A stretch of 57,721 nt of DNA, counting the filler, from Sphacelaria rigidula (Eukaryota), in assembly GCA_964200075.2 (NCBI GenBank). It is 9 parts of 9 records of this genome, joined end to end, with 100 filler letters (N's around TTAATTAATTAA, not from the genome) between each part and the next. Parts side by side here need not be neighbours in the genome. Positions count along the whole stretch, not along the records: positions 12,851 to 19,175 come from CAXNAA020020777.1; positions 19,276 to 25,600 come from CAXNAA020020778.1; 7 more parts are not named here. One strand, 5' to 3'. The notes under the pieces were generated by a model. That model searched no databases. It saw only the letters and a program-made list of their open reading frames with translations, and had not been told where the DNA came from. A program made the translations under genes and the position numbers. Below, one piece after another: positions 13,085-25,127 of the stretch (the first letter of the stretch is position 1; every line of letters begins with the position of its first letter).

Positions 13085-13751
13085 ATACTCTACTCGACCT
13101 GCACTTGGATTCCTCACTGAAGGCCTCTGGTTGGTTGAAATTTCAAATTTCACCACGAAAATCTACCCGCACGTGTGGGCGCAGTGCCGACATGAAAATA
13201 TGTATTCTCCTGGAAAAAAAGAAAGTGAGAGCGATATCTGCTGCGATTCGAAGCCCCTGCTCAGCCCTAAGCAGTTAGACTGGTTTTCAGTCGTACCAGT
13301 CAGACTATTCTGTCATTATTGAAATGTTTCGATTAGCCTTGCTTTTTTAGACACTACAAAGAATCCACGCGCGCTTCCCCACAACCGTTCTCTAACCGAG
13401 CTTTCACGGTACCCTTGTCGCTGTGCCTGCATGCTGTCTTGTCCCTTTGGTTGGGTCACGGGGGAAACGCCATACTTTTTTCTTGAAAGAGGCGGGGTTG
13501 TTTTCGGGGGGAGGGACAAGCAAAGGTCAAAAGCAGTAGCAGGAGGGCTGTATCTGCGGTATCGTACTTGCACGACGATTCCGGGCCCATTGGGAGGAGT
13601 TTGGGGCGATCGATTTGGGCAGACTCCAGCGGTGAAATCGACAAAGTGCACCCACGCTTTATACCGATAAACGATCGCACGGGCTGACGGAGGAAAGGGA
13701 GAGAGGAGCAGGGCGGGGGCGAGGGACTTGGAAAAAGCAGGGCACAAAATA

Positions 13752-15473
13752 ATGGCTCAGGATCACGACTGTGATAACGGCCGTGGGCATGGGCATGGGC
13801 ATGGGCACGATCACGATCACGGCGCTGCTGTTGAACGCTTCGACCACGGACACGGGTGTTGTATCGCTTCTGATCTCGATCACGAGGGAAACCGTCGAAC
13901 CAAAGCGAACACCGACCTGCTGGAGGCAAGTGCGAATCAAAGGTGCGGTCTTGGAAACTTGGGAAAGGTGTGGTCACATCGACAACGAATCGTGTACGAT
14001 TACGACACTATTAATAAAGAGTTTCGGAAGATGGTTTTTCTTCACCATAGAGTCAGAGTGCAGAGTGGAAGCTTCTAAACTTCAGAGTGGACGTGAAAAA
14101 GTTGCATAGCGGAAGCTGATGTGACGTGGCTTGACCTGTTTTGTTGTTTTGTCGCTGTGATTGACCGTAGGTTGCCCTGCCAAATGTACGATCGACCAGC
14201 GTCCAGTTCGAAAGTGCGTAGGCCGGCACAACACTGACTGTACCGTACACTGCGGCACCGTACGCACCGTACGCTATGCTTATTCACTACACCTGCAGTA
14301 CTTCAATCCACTACGGCGCACTACAGGACACTGTAGTGCTGTAATGCTGTGCAGCGTGAATTACAGACAGTGCGGTACAGAGAGTGCACTACAGAACCCT
14401 ACAACAGTAGTGCATTACGATACGGTGAACTACTGTACAGCGATACCGTACAGAGAGTCAGTTGTACAAACAGTAGTACAGCACGGTGCGCAGAACTTTC
14501 GAACAACAAACCTAGGCCACATTGTGATGATTTTTCAACACACACCCACAACGGTGGTGCAAAACGTGATGATCTCTAATGAGATGGGATGCAGCCAGGT
14601 GCAGTACTGCTTGTGCGTTGTAGACTACAAATCGTTCCCACCGTCTTCTTCCAGCCGAAGCTGGTAAGAGTGAGGGACGGCACCCAAGGCAACGTGTACC
14701 CGTCGAACATTTGAATTTTCACGCAACACAACCAAGCGAATGCTGATACCATGACGGCGTCGGGGAGGTCTTCTGATTGCGATGCCAAGCTTTGCTACTT
14801 TGTGAATGGTTAATTATGATGAGCATGGGAGTTTTGATAGATGAATGTCCTACTTCGCTTGTTAGGGTGTATTGATTTTGGACTGGACGTGGCCATGGTG
14901 GTGAAGGTGGGCGTGGTTCTTTTTCGTTCCGCTATGAACTCTGAAGAGGAACAACGCTTTTCAGGGTGAAGAGGTGCAGACGGCACTCTGACTCTGAAAA
15001 ATCGCTCTGAATAATACTTGATGGCGGAAAGTGCACCGTTGCCGGCTATTTTTCCTTCCACTCTGACTCTTCAGAGGGAAAAAAAAAACGTTTTCTGAAA
15101 CTGTCTAACAACGAAAGCATTATTATCCCTGTCATCTTCATCATCCTCATCCTCATCATCATCCTCATCCTCATCCTCATCATGCCCATCACGCAATATC
15201 ACCTATTTAGTACCCAAATGCACAAGAGATACCGACAGCGTTCCTGCGCCGAATTATTCCTTCCATGTTTTTTGTTTTTTTTTCGCATCGCCGCTGCTTT
15301 TAGTATAAACGACGGCAACAATAACAACAGTAATAAACAATAATATCCACAGGAAGCTGAAGCGAGCGACAGCGTTCGTGTTGGTGTTTTTCGTGGTGGA
15401 AGTGATCGGGGGCATCTGGTCCGGCTCGTTGGCCATCGTCAGCGACGCCGCACACCTTCTCACGGACGTCAGC
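13752..15473 (+). CDS. Cation diffusion facilitator (Zn-CDF, ZnT/MTP1-like) transporter, 5' partial; exons 13752-13942 and 15353-15473
   Basis: Spliced AG|gtgcgg...cacag|G gives 'MAQDHDCDNGRGHGHGHGHDHDH...ASANQRKLKRATAFVLVFFVVEVIGGIWSGSLAIVSDAAHLLTDVS'. TM1-TM2 with the CDF signature SLA..SDAAHLLTD (HxxxD Zn site). No downstream exons found on this scaffold. Confidence 0.93.
14018..15105. mobile_element. Non-autonomous DNA transposon (~1.05 kb) with GAGTTTCGGAA..AGAGTC TIRs, in CDF intron 1
   Basis: Collinear homolog at 33141-34175; imperfect ~50-bp TIRs; no coding capacity. Confidence 0.8.
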
Positions 15474-16588
15474 GTGAGTGCTACTTCTGCTCTTACCCTC
15501 ACTCTTACGCTTGCTGCCATAGTACTACTGCTACCGTTCCCGCTAACATTTAGGCGTCAGGAGTTAAATATTCGGGACGCGAGGTCTTTTGGGGGGAACA
15601 ACATCATCGGCTGGCCTTCGATGCCAGTAACTTCCCGACGTAACAGCTGAGTGACTCCTTCCTCTTTGACGAGTATCCCCTCCGGCAACAACATGCCATG
15701 TATTCCGGGGCCCCCGACATCTGCATCATATATCCATGTACACATATATATATATATATGTATTCCTTTTCTTTGTTTTTTCCGTCCCCAGGAGACAGAT
15801 AAGAACGTTTGCCGTCTACTTCCCTATTTCTAGTTTCGTACAGCGCTTTCGAGTGCGCTCCACCTCTCCGCCGCTTCGAACTCAGCCCTCAAGCTGGATT
15901 GTCACCAACACGGTCCGGTCTACGGGTTGATACCAAGGTGCGGGTGCCCCCCCCCCCCACCCGGGCAGTCTCGGACTTGGATAATCTATCATCCTCACCA
16001 AGCAAACCTCATTGCAACATCCCCTATGTCGACTCTTGTTACAATTTTGGAACCTCCTCCCGTCCTCGGGGTGGGAATATGGTTTGAAGTGGTGAAGCCA
16101 TCTGTTCCCCGTCGCGTGCCTTGCATTTTGGTGTCGCGAATTGGATCATGACTCCCTATCCCGCACCGCGTCTTCTCTTTTGCTGTATAAACTTTGTTAC
16201 CCACCTCCCCACATTTTTGTACTGTCGAAGTCAGATACTACTTCTCGGAACAAGAAACCAAGCCCATCTTGCAGAATTCGATCCTTATTCTTCCGATCTG
16301 AGGTTCAAGTCGTAACCGTTGTAAACTACGCAGCATGTGTTACTGCTATAAGTAGCTCTGGCAGGTTTTTTTTTCGCCCACTTTTTTTGGTACAGCGGTC
16401 GATCTAGTATCCACCAGTGGCATTTCGCGCCCACGAGGTTTTACACTCCAGGCGCCAGATACTACATACAGATAGACACGAGGTGCAGCGATGGGAAAAC
16501 GTGAATGGTCAACTGTCACTTGTGTGTCGGGCCCACCCTTGCATGGGTCAAAGCTTGTGGGCCTCGAGACACGAAAGCAGGAGGAAAT

Positions 16589-16726
16589 CACACCCTGGAC
16601 AATAGATTATATTGTAAAAAAATGTAACGCGTACAGTATGGCATCTATTGTCTGTTGCAATATGCGTAATAGTCGATACTGTACGCAGTACACTTTTTGA
16701 CTGTATACTCTTTTGTCCAGGGTGTG
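16589..16726. mobile_element. hAT-type MITE with 8-bp TSD; related piece at ~11165-11277
   Basis: TIR CACACCCTGGACAA / TTGTCCAGGGTGTG; flanks GAGGAAAT / GAGGAACT (7 of 8 identical). Confidence 0.75.
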
Positions 16727-16729
16727 GAG

Positions 16730-17760
16730 GAACTACAATACGTGTGGCTACAGTACAGATCCCACCATAAGTGTGGTCTTCTACAGTACGGGATCCCAAC
16801 ATAGTGTTCTCCTCTCAAGTACGTGATCCCAACATAGTGCGGTCCTCTGAAGTATGGGGTCCCATCGCAGTGCGGTCCTCCGAAGTGCGGTCAATATCGC
16901 ACTTGCCACAAATCCGATCCGCTGTACTACTATCAATTTGCCGCATGAAGCGGGATCCCAGCATGACCACGAGACACACGGATAGGTTGCCATCGGGGAG
17001 CTAGTTGTAGGTACAGTAGGGGTTCCATCACAGCGTTGTTGTTGTTGTTGTTGTTGTCTTCACATTCAAAAGTCGTTCCGGTATCTGCGCAGTGCTGTAC
17101 TGGGCATCTGACTCGGACGTCTTCCGTGGTCACAGGCTACCACCCCATGTTAAAGTAAAAGGAAAATCAGGAAATAAAATCGGACCCACGAAAATTTCAC
17201 ACAGACGCGATACAAAACAAAACAAAACAAAACAAAACAAAAACAAAAAAAGTGAAGAGAAGAAGAAAGAAGAAACTTATCATTGGGCCTCTGAGAGAAC
17301 AGCTATTCGTATGCATAAACTAGGCAAACCAGAAAGGGCGCCACATGACACCGCCCACCGCCTCGGAGGGAGGGGTACATGGGATTCAGCAATTAGTAGC
17401 TTCCATCCTCTCCCTACTCTCCTTGAGACTCCCGTNNNNNNNNNGTCGGCTGGCCTCTTTTTCGGTCCTGTGCCAAGAGGTTATGAACCTCTGCGCTCCC
17501 TGTAATACCCCGCGTGCCATGAGTGTGGTCAACTAAATTACGGAGTCCCATCATAGTGCGATACTCTGGGGTGCAGGGTCTCACCATAGTGCGGTCCTCT
17601 GAAGTATGGGGACCCACCAGAGTGCGGTCAATATCACACTTGTCACGTGTCCGATCCGCTGTACGGTACGACTATCAAGTATTCGCACAAAGCGGGGTCC
17701 CAGTATAGTGCGGTCGTGCCAGGCTGCAGGCGACCCACCGCACTATGCTGGAACCCCCAT
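16730..17760. repeat. Degenerate ~30-bp minisatellite in two blocks (16730-16970, 17520-17760)
   Basis: Recurrent unit CCCA(A)CATAGTGCGGTCCTCTGAAGTATGGGG plus a shared GTGCGGTCAATATC.CACTTG..CCGATCCGCTGTAC segment. Confidence 0.8.
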
Positions 17761-18390
17761 TTGATCGCGTACGGGGATTGACATCATTGATGCTCAGTCG
17801 GTGATTATTGGTCCGAAATGAGGTCTGGCGTCCAATGAGTTGAGGCGATTCCAAAACGTATTGTAGGGACTCTATCTAGTTTTGACTTGCAGTGTTTTCG
17901 GTTTTCCGATTCATGCCCGCTAAGCTTCGTTCCCGTGATAGAAGCGTCTGCTCATGTCTTTGAGAGGTTAGTTCGTGAGGCCGTGCAGTATCCTCCCGCC
18001 GTAGAGATAGCCCGCCCACGTTAGTCGATTGATTTATGGATTCATCGATTGTTCGAAATCCAAGGAGTGAGCGCAAGCGCCTTCCTACAGGAAGTAGGTG
18101 GAATGTGTTGACATGCCCTCGGGAGAAAAACTGCTTTCGTTGCCTGTAGTTTTTGTTTTTGAACAGGGCTCAATCAAACATGACTTCTGTGTTGTGTCTT
18201 ATCAGCTGGCGACATTAGAACGTGTGCTGTTGAGAATGTTAATGTTTTCACGGTCTATACGACCTGTTACGGGTGATTGCTGCAGAGGCATTCATACTAC
18301 GAAAAAAAACGCACGGCGAAAAAAAACGATGGTTCGCATCGGTGCATTGTAAGCTGTACTCATTGGGAAATTACTACATTGAGGAATGGC

Positions 18391-18788
18391 TTATTAGAGG
18401 TATCTCAAACTCGGCTCCCGGTATCCTGGTTTGTTTTGTTCAAATTTTTCAAGTGAAAGTGATGGCGGTTCATCAGATGAGGAGACCCTTTGACCACTAG
18501 GTCAGGTCCTCCTATGAATCGCGATCACTTTCACTTGAAAAAATAGTACACAGCTCAGAGCCAGCGGATAAAGCAGGATACCGGGAGCCGAGTTTGAGAC
18601 ACCGCTATTAATATTTTTACCCTTTTGAGACCTGACCCCCGCTAACCAGGTAAGTGTGTAGCCCTGGTCTGGACGCAGGATCCATTTTTGAACTGGCATC
18701 ATTTTCATTTCGGTTGTTTATAAGAGAAGACAACGCTGATCCAAAATGGGACTTCACCCCGGTTAGTCCACTCCGGTCTCAAAAGGGT
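18391..18788. mobile_element. Two adjacent hairpin MITEs (18391-18611, 18619-18788)
   Basis: Arms TCTCAAACTCGGCTCCCGGTATCCTG..TTCAAGTGAAAGTGAT mirrored; second pair ACCCTTTTGAGACC / GGTCTCAAAAGGGT. Confidence 0.7.
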
Positions 18789-19349
18789 CGAATCTTGCTG
18801 CAAGTACTACTTGTTCGCAGTAGACCTCGCCAGGGGGTGGTTTCTACCTTGATTCAGGGGTGGTATCCACCGTTACGGAAAGTTTAGGGCTCGAATCCCA
18901 ACATATACGTTTCGAGTGTTTTTGTGTGTGGTTCCAGGTGTTGAAGATGTGAGGTCGCGAATGCGTAGCAGAGGAAAGTCGCAGACAGATGAAGTACAGT
19001 ATGACGAGATGCGGGAAGTATGCTGATTCAATCCGCGATGGCCAAAATTTCAGGCAGGTACAGTACTGGTGGATAGATGATGATGACTTCACGACGGGGT
19101 CGTGCCGAGGAGGGATGCTACGGTAGGGGTAGAGAAATAATTTCTGAGATTAGAATTGTTAGGAGCCCCTTATCTNNNNNNNNNNNNNNNNNNNNNNNNN
19201 NNNNNNNNNNNNNNNNNNNTTAATTAATTAANNNNNNNNNNNNNNNNNNNNNNNNNNNNNNNNNNNNNNNNNNNNAAAAATGGACACAATCCCGGGGGGC
19301 GGTTGATTCTCATTTCAAAATACCTTCTCATTTTTCTGGCAACCCTGTT

Positions 19350-21000
19350 CCTTGCACATGCCGTGAAAGGTGGCATGGTGAGGATAACCGAGCTGGCAGA
19401 AAAATGTTAGGAAGAGGATATATTATATTTCAGGGTTTGTGAACCCAGTTTGTGTACCCTGAAATTGATGCCCATGTTGGGGCAAACTCTGTAACGCTGG
19501 AGTCTGCGAGTGAATGTTTCGGTGTTGAGAACAGCATGTGGATATGGATACCAAGCTCGGCACTGATACACACTAGCAATGCAGAATAATACATAATGGA
19601 TCGCTGGTATTCAGTAGCTAGAATCATTCGCGCCTGATGGTACAGATAAGATATTTGCACCACCTATTGTAATTGGTGCTGAACTGAATTCATATGTGGC
19701 ATGCGATCATGCCAAGCACATGCTAAAACGCGTGTGCATCTTGCGCACGTTTTGATTATCGTTGTTGAGTTTTATCGCTTCGAGGGAGCATAAAAGAAGT
19801 TCCATGGAGAGTCATGTTTTCCGCATTTACTTGTTCGTGGAAATATATAAAATAACATGAACACGGATATTTTCCTGCTGCTGTTGCGCTTCCCAAGTGG
19901 CGATCCCCAAATTGTTTGCCCGACCCAGTTGCAATCACCGCCATGGTTTTCGGGTGAAAGGTTACCGGTGGTCCAACTCAGCCCTCGGCTTCAACGGTCG
20001 CCCCCTTGAAAAAGACGATGGAGGGAGAGAATCGTGCCGGTCAATGCAGCACCCCCTCTCAATGGTCGGAAGGCGAGCACGCGGGAGGGGGGGGGGGGGT
20101 GTACTCATGATCATGCATGCAATAGTCATGTGACCATTGACCTCGCATCCCTACAAAGCCGGGACGGACCACGTCAGGTTTTCGCCGAACCAGGCTCGCA
20201 CTCAATCACTGAGCGCGAAGCGCCGTAGTGTGTTCGGCGAGTCGCACGAAAGGTGGGCTGCATCCTGCTGAGATTGTCCAGCCCGAAGCCTACTGATTTT
20301 CTCGCATTTGGATGGCAGCCTACAATGAATGACTTCATATTCTGGTATCACCACTTCCAGAGATAGCCACGGCTCATACACTACCTCATGGATTTCTCAC
20401 CATTCAAACACTACGTAGTACGACAATTCCCTTTGTGTGGGGTTGAGGTTCTCCCACGCCGCACAACCTGATCTAGCTCGACTACCATGATGGTTACCGC
20501 AAAAAAGGCGCAAGCGCGCGAACAAAACCCGGTAACCTGGTTGCCTAGCTTACGCAGTGAGTGGCGTCTTTTATAGCGTCGTCGCCATCCGATTCCAACC
20601 CTATCGGGGTTCCGCCCCTACAGAGCCGGGACGGAGCACGCCGGGTTCTCACCTGACCAGACTACCGCGCGTTGGGGGGGAAGAGGATCATTTTGTCGCT
20701 TGCCGCAGTCATGTGACCATGAAACATGCATCCTATTCGAGACGGTGCACCGTTCCTACTCGCGCGGGAGGAGGGGGGTGATGCTGATTATATGTTCCTT
20801 CAGAGTCGTTGAACCGTGTTGCTGCGACGGTCACCGGTTTAAGGAAGGACTGAATAGGAGGACGATGGTTTGTGCTTGTCAGGTCTCGGTTTGTGGATAC
20901 TTGATGTCATCAGCACCACAGTGTATTGTACCAGGGTTCGGGCTTGGAACGTCTGGTGCGATGAGCAATGCAATGTGTTTTACTTATTTTGGCTTGGGAA
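19350..21000 (+). mobile_element. Possible very old LTR-retrotransposon integrase relic interrupted by repeat family A
   Basis: Weak collinear hints ('HAVKGG', 'CPCW', 'YIMDRWYS..IRA/PDGT', 'GFNG', 'ESLNRV'); all frames broken. Confidence 0.3.
20084..20665 (-). mobile_element. Repeat family A: non-coding ~550-bp retroposon with LINE-like 3' end and oligo(C) tail
   Basis: Homologous to 31495-32025 and 50122-50745; minus strand ends GGGATGCGAGGTCAATGGTCA..CATGAGTACA-(C)n. Confidence 0.85.
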
Positions 21001-22319
21001 AAACCGGAGCCTTTCACCGAGGGTTTGTTTCTCGAAAAATATGGATGTGAGGGCCTCAAAGTTGTGCGTATGCTTGTGTGAGCCCTACACATACGCCTGC
21101 GGTCGTGTCTACATAACGCAGGCATGCACGTGTCGGGCAAAAACCAACCACGCTACTTGGGAGGCATGGGTTTGTAGGGTGGTTTCCTCTCGTGACCTGT
21201 ATTTGCCTGAGCCGACCTTTCGAATGGGCTGTAGTATTTGATGAGACATGATGATACGTACATGTTCATGTTTTAGCTTCGGCATGGTACTACTGTTCTG
21301 ATATTCGGAGAGTCCGATTGAAATTCGGAGAAATTCATCCTATTCTTGGGAATATTACCGAGGTTTTCGAAAAACTTTCACCCTGTGTGAGGTAGATGCA
21401 GGTGCGACTCTTGTAGATGGGATGCGACTTCTGACTTATGTTTCCGAAGCGGAGGAGGTTTTTGTTTGGGTGGCCGAGTTTTCATCTCCGAGACATGATA
21501 CAATACGGAGAGCGGTATTTTGGGCCATTCCTTCCATGAAATTCCAATTCAAATCGTCGGTAAAAGCAGCGACGAATATTCAAATGCGCTTGTTATCGAT
21601 AAATGACTCAATGGCACTTCTTGACGGCGTTCTTACCCAAATACAAGCCCGACGCTAGTGTGTTGGGTCTTCTGACACATATGCAGGTCCTCTCCTTCGT
21701 GGAATCACCCCCCCTCCCCCCCCCCCCGCCCCTATCGTAGCATGACTCCTGAGCTGCTCTTGAGAGCTTGACTACACATTCACCAGTTAGGGGGGCGAGG
21801 GGTGCAATGAGATCAACGATGCTGGGATCTACGACGCCGCAGCGACGCATTTGTGTTTTGTGTTGAGCGTTGGGATTTAAAAAATAACTGTTCCGAATAT
21901 AGTGTAATTGAGAATATTAGCGGTGGAATCAGTCACGGTTCTACAATTAGTAGCTAGTGAATATATTTGCGGGGGTTGGTGTTACGTAACAACATGCGCG
22001 ACAGTTTTCAACAGCAATGTGACAAGGAGAGAAAAGAGTATAATAAACCCCGGAACCTACTCAGTAGTCTCGTTCCTGGGGGCTCAGACACCGAAGAAGG
22101 GGACAGCTGAAGGGGTATCAGACGCTGGACGAAGTGGTTAATTAATCATTTTACTGTACTGTTGGGATTCTCAAGGACGATGAGCGAGTGCCAAAGTGGG
22201 GCTCGTGCGAAAGATTCGACATCCCTCAACCCAAGACGTGCCTTCCCTCAAAGTCATAACTCGATCAAACGATTCTACTTCAAGCTGTTAATTACGCAAA
22301 TAATATATCGTTCAGAGCA

Positions 22320-22569
22320 ATGCTACGGTAGGGGTGCACTTTGTTCGCGAAGTCTTGTCTGGTTCAGGGGCTCCGAACGATTCTAGATGCACAATAATAT
22401 AGGTCAGGGCGTCCACGTCTGCAAATTCATTCGGGACAACCCTAGCACATTGATTGGAATAGTAATCCTGGCGTACTTTCACATATGTCGTAAGCCGTGT
22501 TTTGGATGAGATAAAGAGCTCCTAACAGTTCTAACGTCAGAAAATATTTGTGCACCCCTACCGTAGCAT
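22320..22569. mobile_element. MITE (ATGCTACGGTAGGGGTGCAC family)
   Basis: Perfect 20-bp TIRs; reverse-orientation homolog of 11730-11974. Confidence 0.85.
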
Positions 22570-22611
22570 CACTCTTCAACTTGTATCATTTCATATCACA
22601 CTATCCGATAG

Positions 22612-24827
22612 CAAGGATGTCGGTTGACGTCAAGCTGTCAAGCTGTCAAGCTGTCAAGCCTGTCTCTCAAGGCGTTTGGCGTCGTCAAGACAAAACGCCC
22701 CCTGTCCCTGGGGTAAATAACGCCTACCCACCTCTGTAGAAACCCATCTTTTTCCTTTCACACAACTAGGCCGGAGTCCTTTGTGCCGGCATAATTTCCA
22801 ACATGATTCGTTTTTTTTGCCCGAATTAGCATACGAGCATAATGTCAGCATAATCAGGGCTGAGCTAGCATAATCCTCCGTTAAGCGGCATAATTCGGTA
22901 GCGTCAAAACCGTTACCGGCTATTTGATTGTAGATAATGACCTCTAGAACCAAACACAAAAAAATACAGGGTACAGTACAGTGTACTAAGTGCACAGCAT
23001 ACAGCCACGAGCTACGAGAGAGGGGACATAGAGAGAGGACACAGAGAGAGAGGACACACAGAGAGAGGACACAGAGGTGCCAGGTATGGCACAGGCGCCA
23101 GTCAGCGATGATGCGCCTGGTTTCATCGCTACAACCGTGCCATACCCTGTGGATAATGACCATTTAAAGAAATCTCGGACACACATCGTTTGTAGAGGTA
23201 CTCAGTTCGGGAATACGACCGCGCTGTCGGCGCTGCATCGCACTGAAACGTCGCCCACATGCCATGTAAAGTACACAAAACAAGCCCACATCGCTAAATC
23301 TGGGCTTGCGGCTTGCAGCAGCACGCAACGGGCCGAAAATAGCTCAGATCCTGTTCCGATAGTAAGATTTTTTATTTTGGCGTAAGACTGTGATACAATG
23401 ACAACCAAATGCACTACGAACGCACGGCACACGGCGTGCACTGCCTCGCGGATACACGACACTGATGTCTGCGAAGTATATTTGATGCATATCCCTGCTT
23501 GGTGGCCAGCATAAATGGAGCATAACATCGTTTCTTGTGAGGTGGGATAAAAGCATAATGGAGCACAATTGCATTCAAAGCTAACAGACCCGGGACGAGG
23601 GGGGGGCTGTGGGGAAGTGCATGATTCAGTTCGCGAGGTACAAGTCGTGTAATTTTGAGGGGAAGAGATACCTCGAGCAAGCAAAGTCTTTGACGGGGGC
23701 AGAGTGGTGGGGTACTCCAGGCAAGACAGGACTGCCTGAGCTGGCAAATATGGCTGTACGCGTTCTCTCAATGGTGCCAGCTGCGGCCGGGTGTGAGCGT
23801 AATTTATTGGAGTATGATGGGGGCTGTTGAGGGGGGACAGCACGCGCGCATGAACCCTGACACCATGGGAAAGTTGGTGTACGTACGGTCCAACCTTCAG
23901 CTCATGCACCGCGAGCACATGAAGAGCGACAAGGATCTCGCGAAGGCAGGAGTTGAGTGGGAGGTAGATGAGGACCTCGACAGCGAAGAAATTCATAGCG
24001 GTTTCGATATGGAATCCAGCGATGATGAGAGTGGATCGGACGAAATTAACTTGGACACGTAAAACGTACAACGTGATTCGGTCGTTTCGTCGTTTCATCG
24101 CACACGTAGCCAGAGGAGAACGAATAGTTCTTTCAGTAGACGTTTCAGAGAAGAGACGTAGTTGCGCAAGTTGCGTTCTTCGAGTTCCGATAAGCGTTTA
24201 GGCGTTTCGTTGTGTTTCTGCGTCGAAGAGGGGAAGGGTGCGCGCTGCTGTGGTGGATAGTTTCGGCGGCTCTGGTCCACCATACTTTCCCCTTCCCCCC
24301 TTTCCGGCCAGCGCGAGGGGGGAGAAGGAAAGATTATTTTTGTATCAACTTCGAACTTTTAACAGCAACAAAAAATAGAGATATCAGTTCTGGGCGTTCT
24401 GGCATCTCGTACCTCGTACGTGTGGAAATGGGGTGAACAAAACTATTTGAACAAAAAGAGATACAGCGGTAGGCAGAACTGCACGGCGCCGACGTGAAAA
24501 AAAACTTGCCGAATATGTACTGTATAGAATACAGACAGACAGAGCGCATGTTTTTTCAAATCCAGCAAACGCGAATGCAGATACGACTGCTGCAATGCTG
24601 TAGTATGCCGAAAAATAGCCTGCAGCATGCGTACAACCCCCAAAACGACGTTGATACTGGTCAAAGTATAAAATGTAACGCATTTGCTCGGAAAACATGG
24701 CCGAAAACAAATGGCGTTTCGAGTTTCAGCTATATGGTCAGGCGCTACCCTGTCAAGGCTGTCAAGACAGGTAATTGGTGCTTGACAGTCTGTCAAGGGG
24801 TCCAAACCCTGTCAACCGACATCCTTG
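22612..24827 (+). mobile_element. hAT DNA transposon, internally deleted (2216 bp)
   Basis: Perfect 17-bp TIRs CAAGGATGTCGGTTGAC / GTCAACCGACATCCTTG; 8-bp TSD TCCGATAG / TCCAATAG; subterminal TGTCAAG repeats at both ends; carries a transposase C-terminus. Confidence 0.95.
23609..24062 (+). pseudogene. hAT transposase C-terminal dimerisation domain (frameshifted)
   Basis: 'AEWWGTPGKTGLPELANMAVRVLSMVPAAAGCERN/WSMMGAV...RMNPDTMGKLVYVRSNL' matches the hAT 'WW..P.L..A...L....S...ER.WS..R.RL...KLVY...NL' pattern; acidic tail. Confidence 0.9.
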
Positions 24828-25127
24828 TCCAATAGCGACCATTACATACTTGTCTTCGAAACGACACAGTTGATCAGCCGAGCGCTCATTGATTAGCCCA
24901 AAATATACGCATCTCGTACCCGGTGGTCTGTACCCAGGAGAAGTACCTCACCAACTGCAAATCCCCATCACATAATACATTTACAAATTTGACTTTTGTA
25001 GGCGTCTGGTCAAATCAGTTTTAGGGGTACAAGTTCAGGCTATTATCAGATTGTGTCGAGAAGAGACCCATACCCATACCTCCCCAAGGTGCATATACAC
25101 ACGCGGCCATTTGGCTACCCCCAAAAA

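Noticed and set aside
20084..20200. Hammerhead or HDV-like ribozyme in the family A terminus
   Set aside because: CTGATGA occurs in only one copy (38411) and I could not build the HDV P3/P1.1 topology. Not excluded without an Infernal/RNAmotif search.
23202..24098. 298-aa minus-strand ORF
   Set aside because: Antisense shadow of the hAT transposase fragment.
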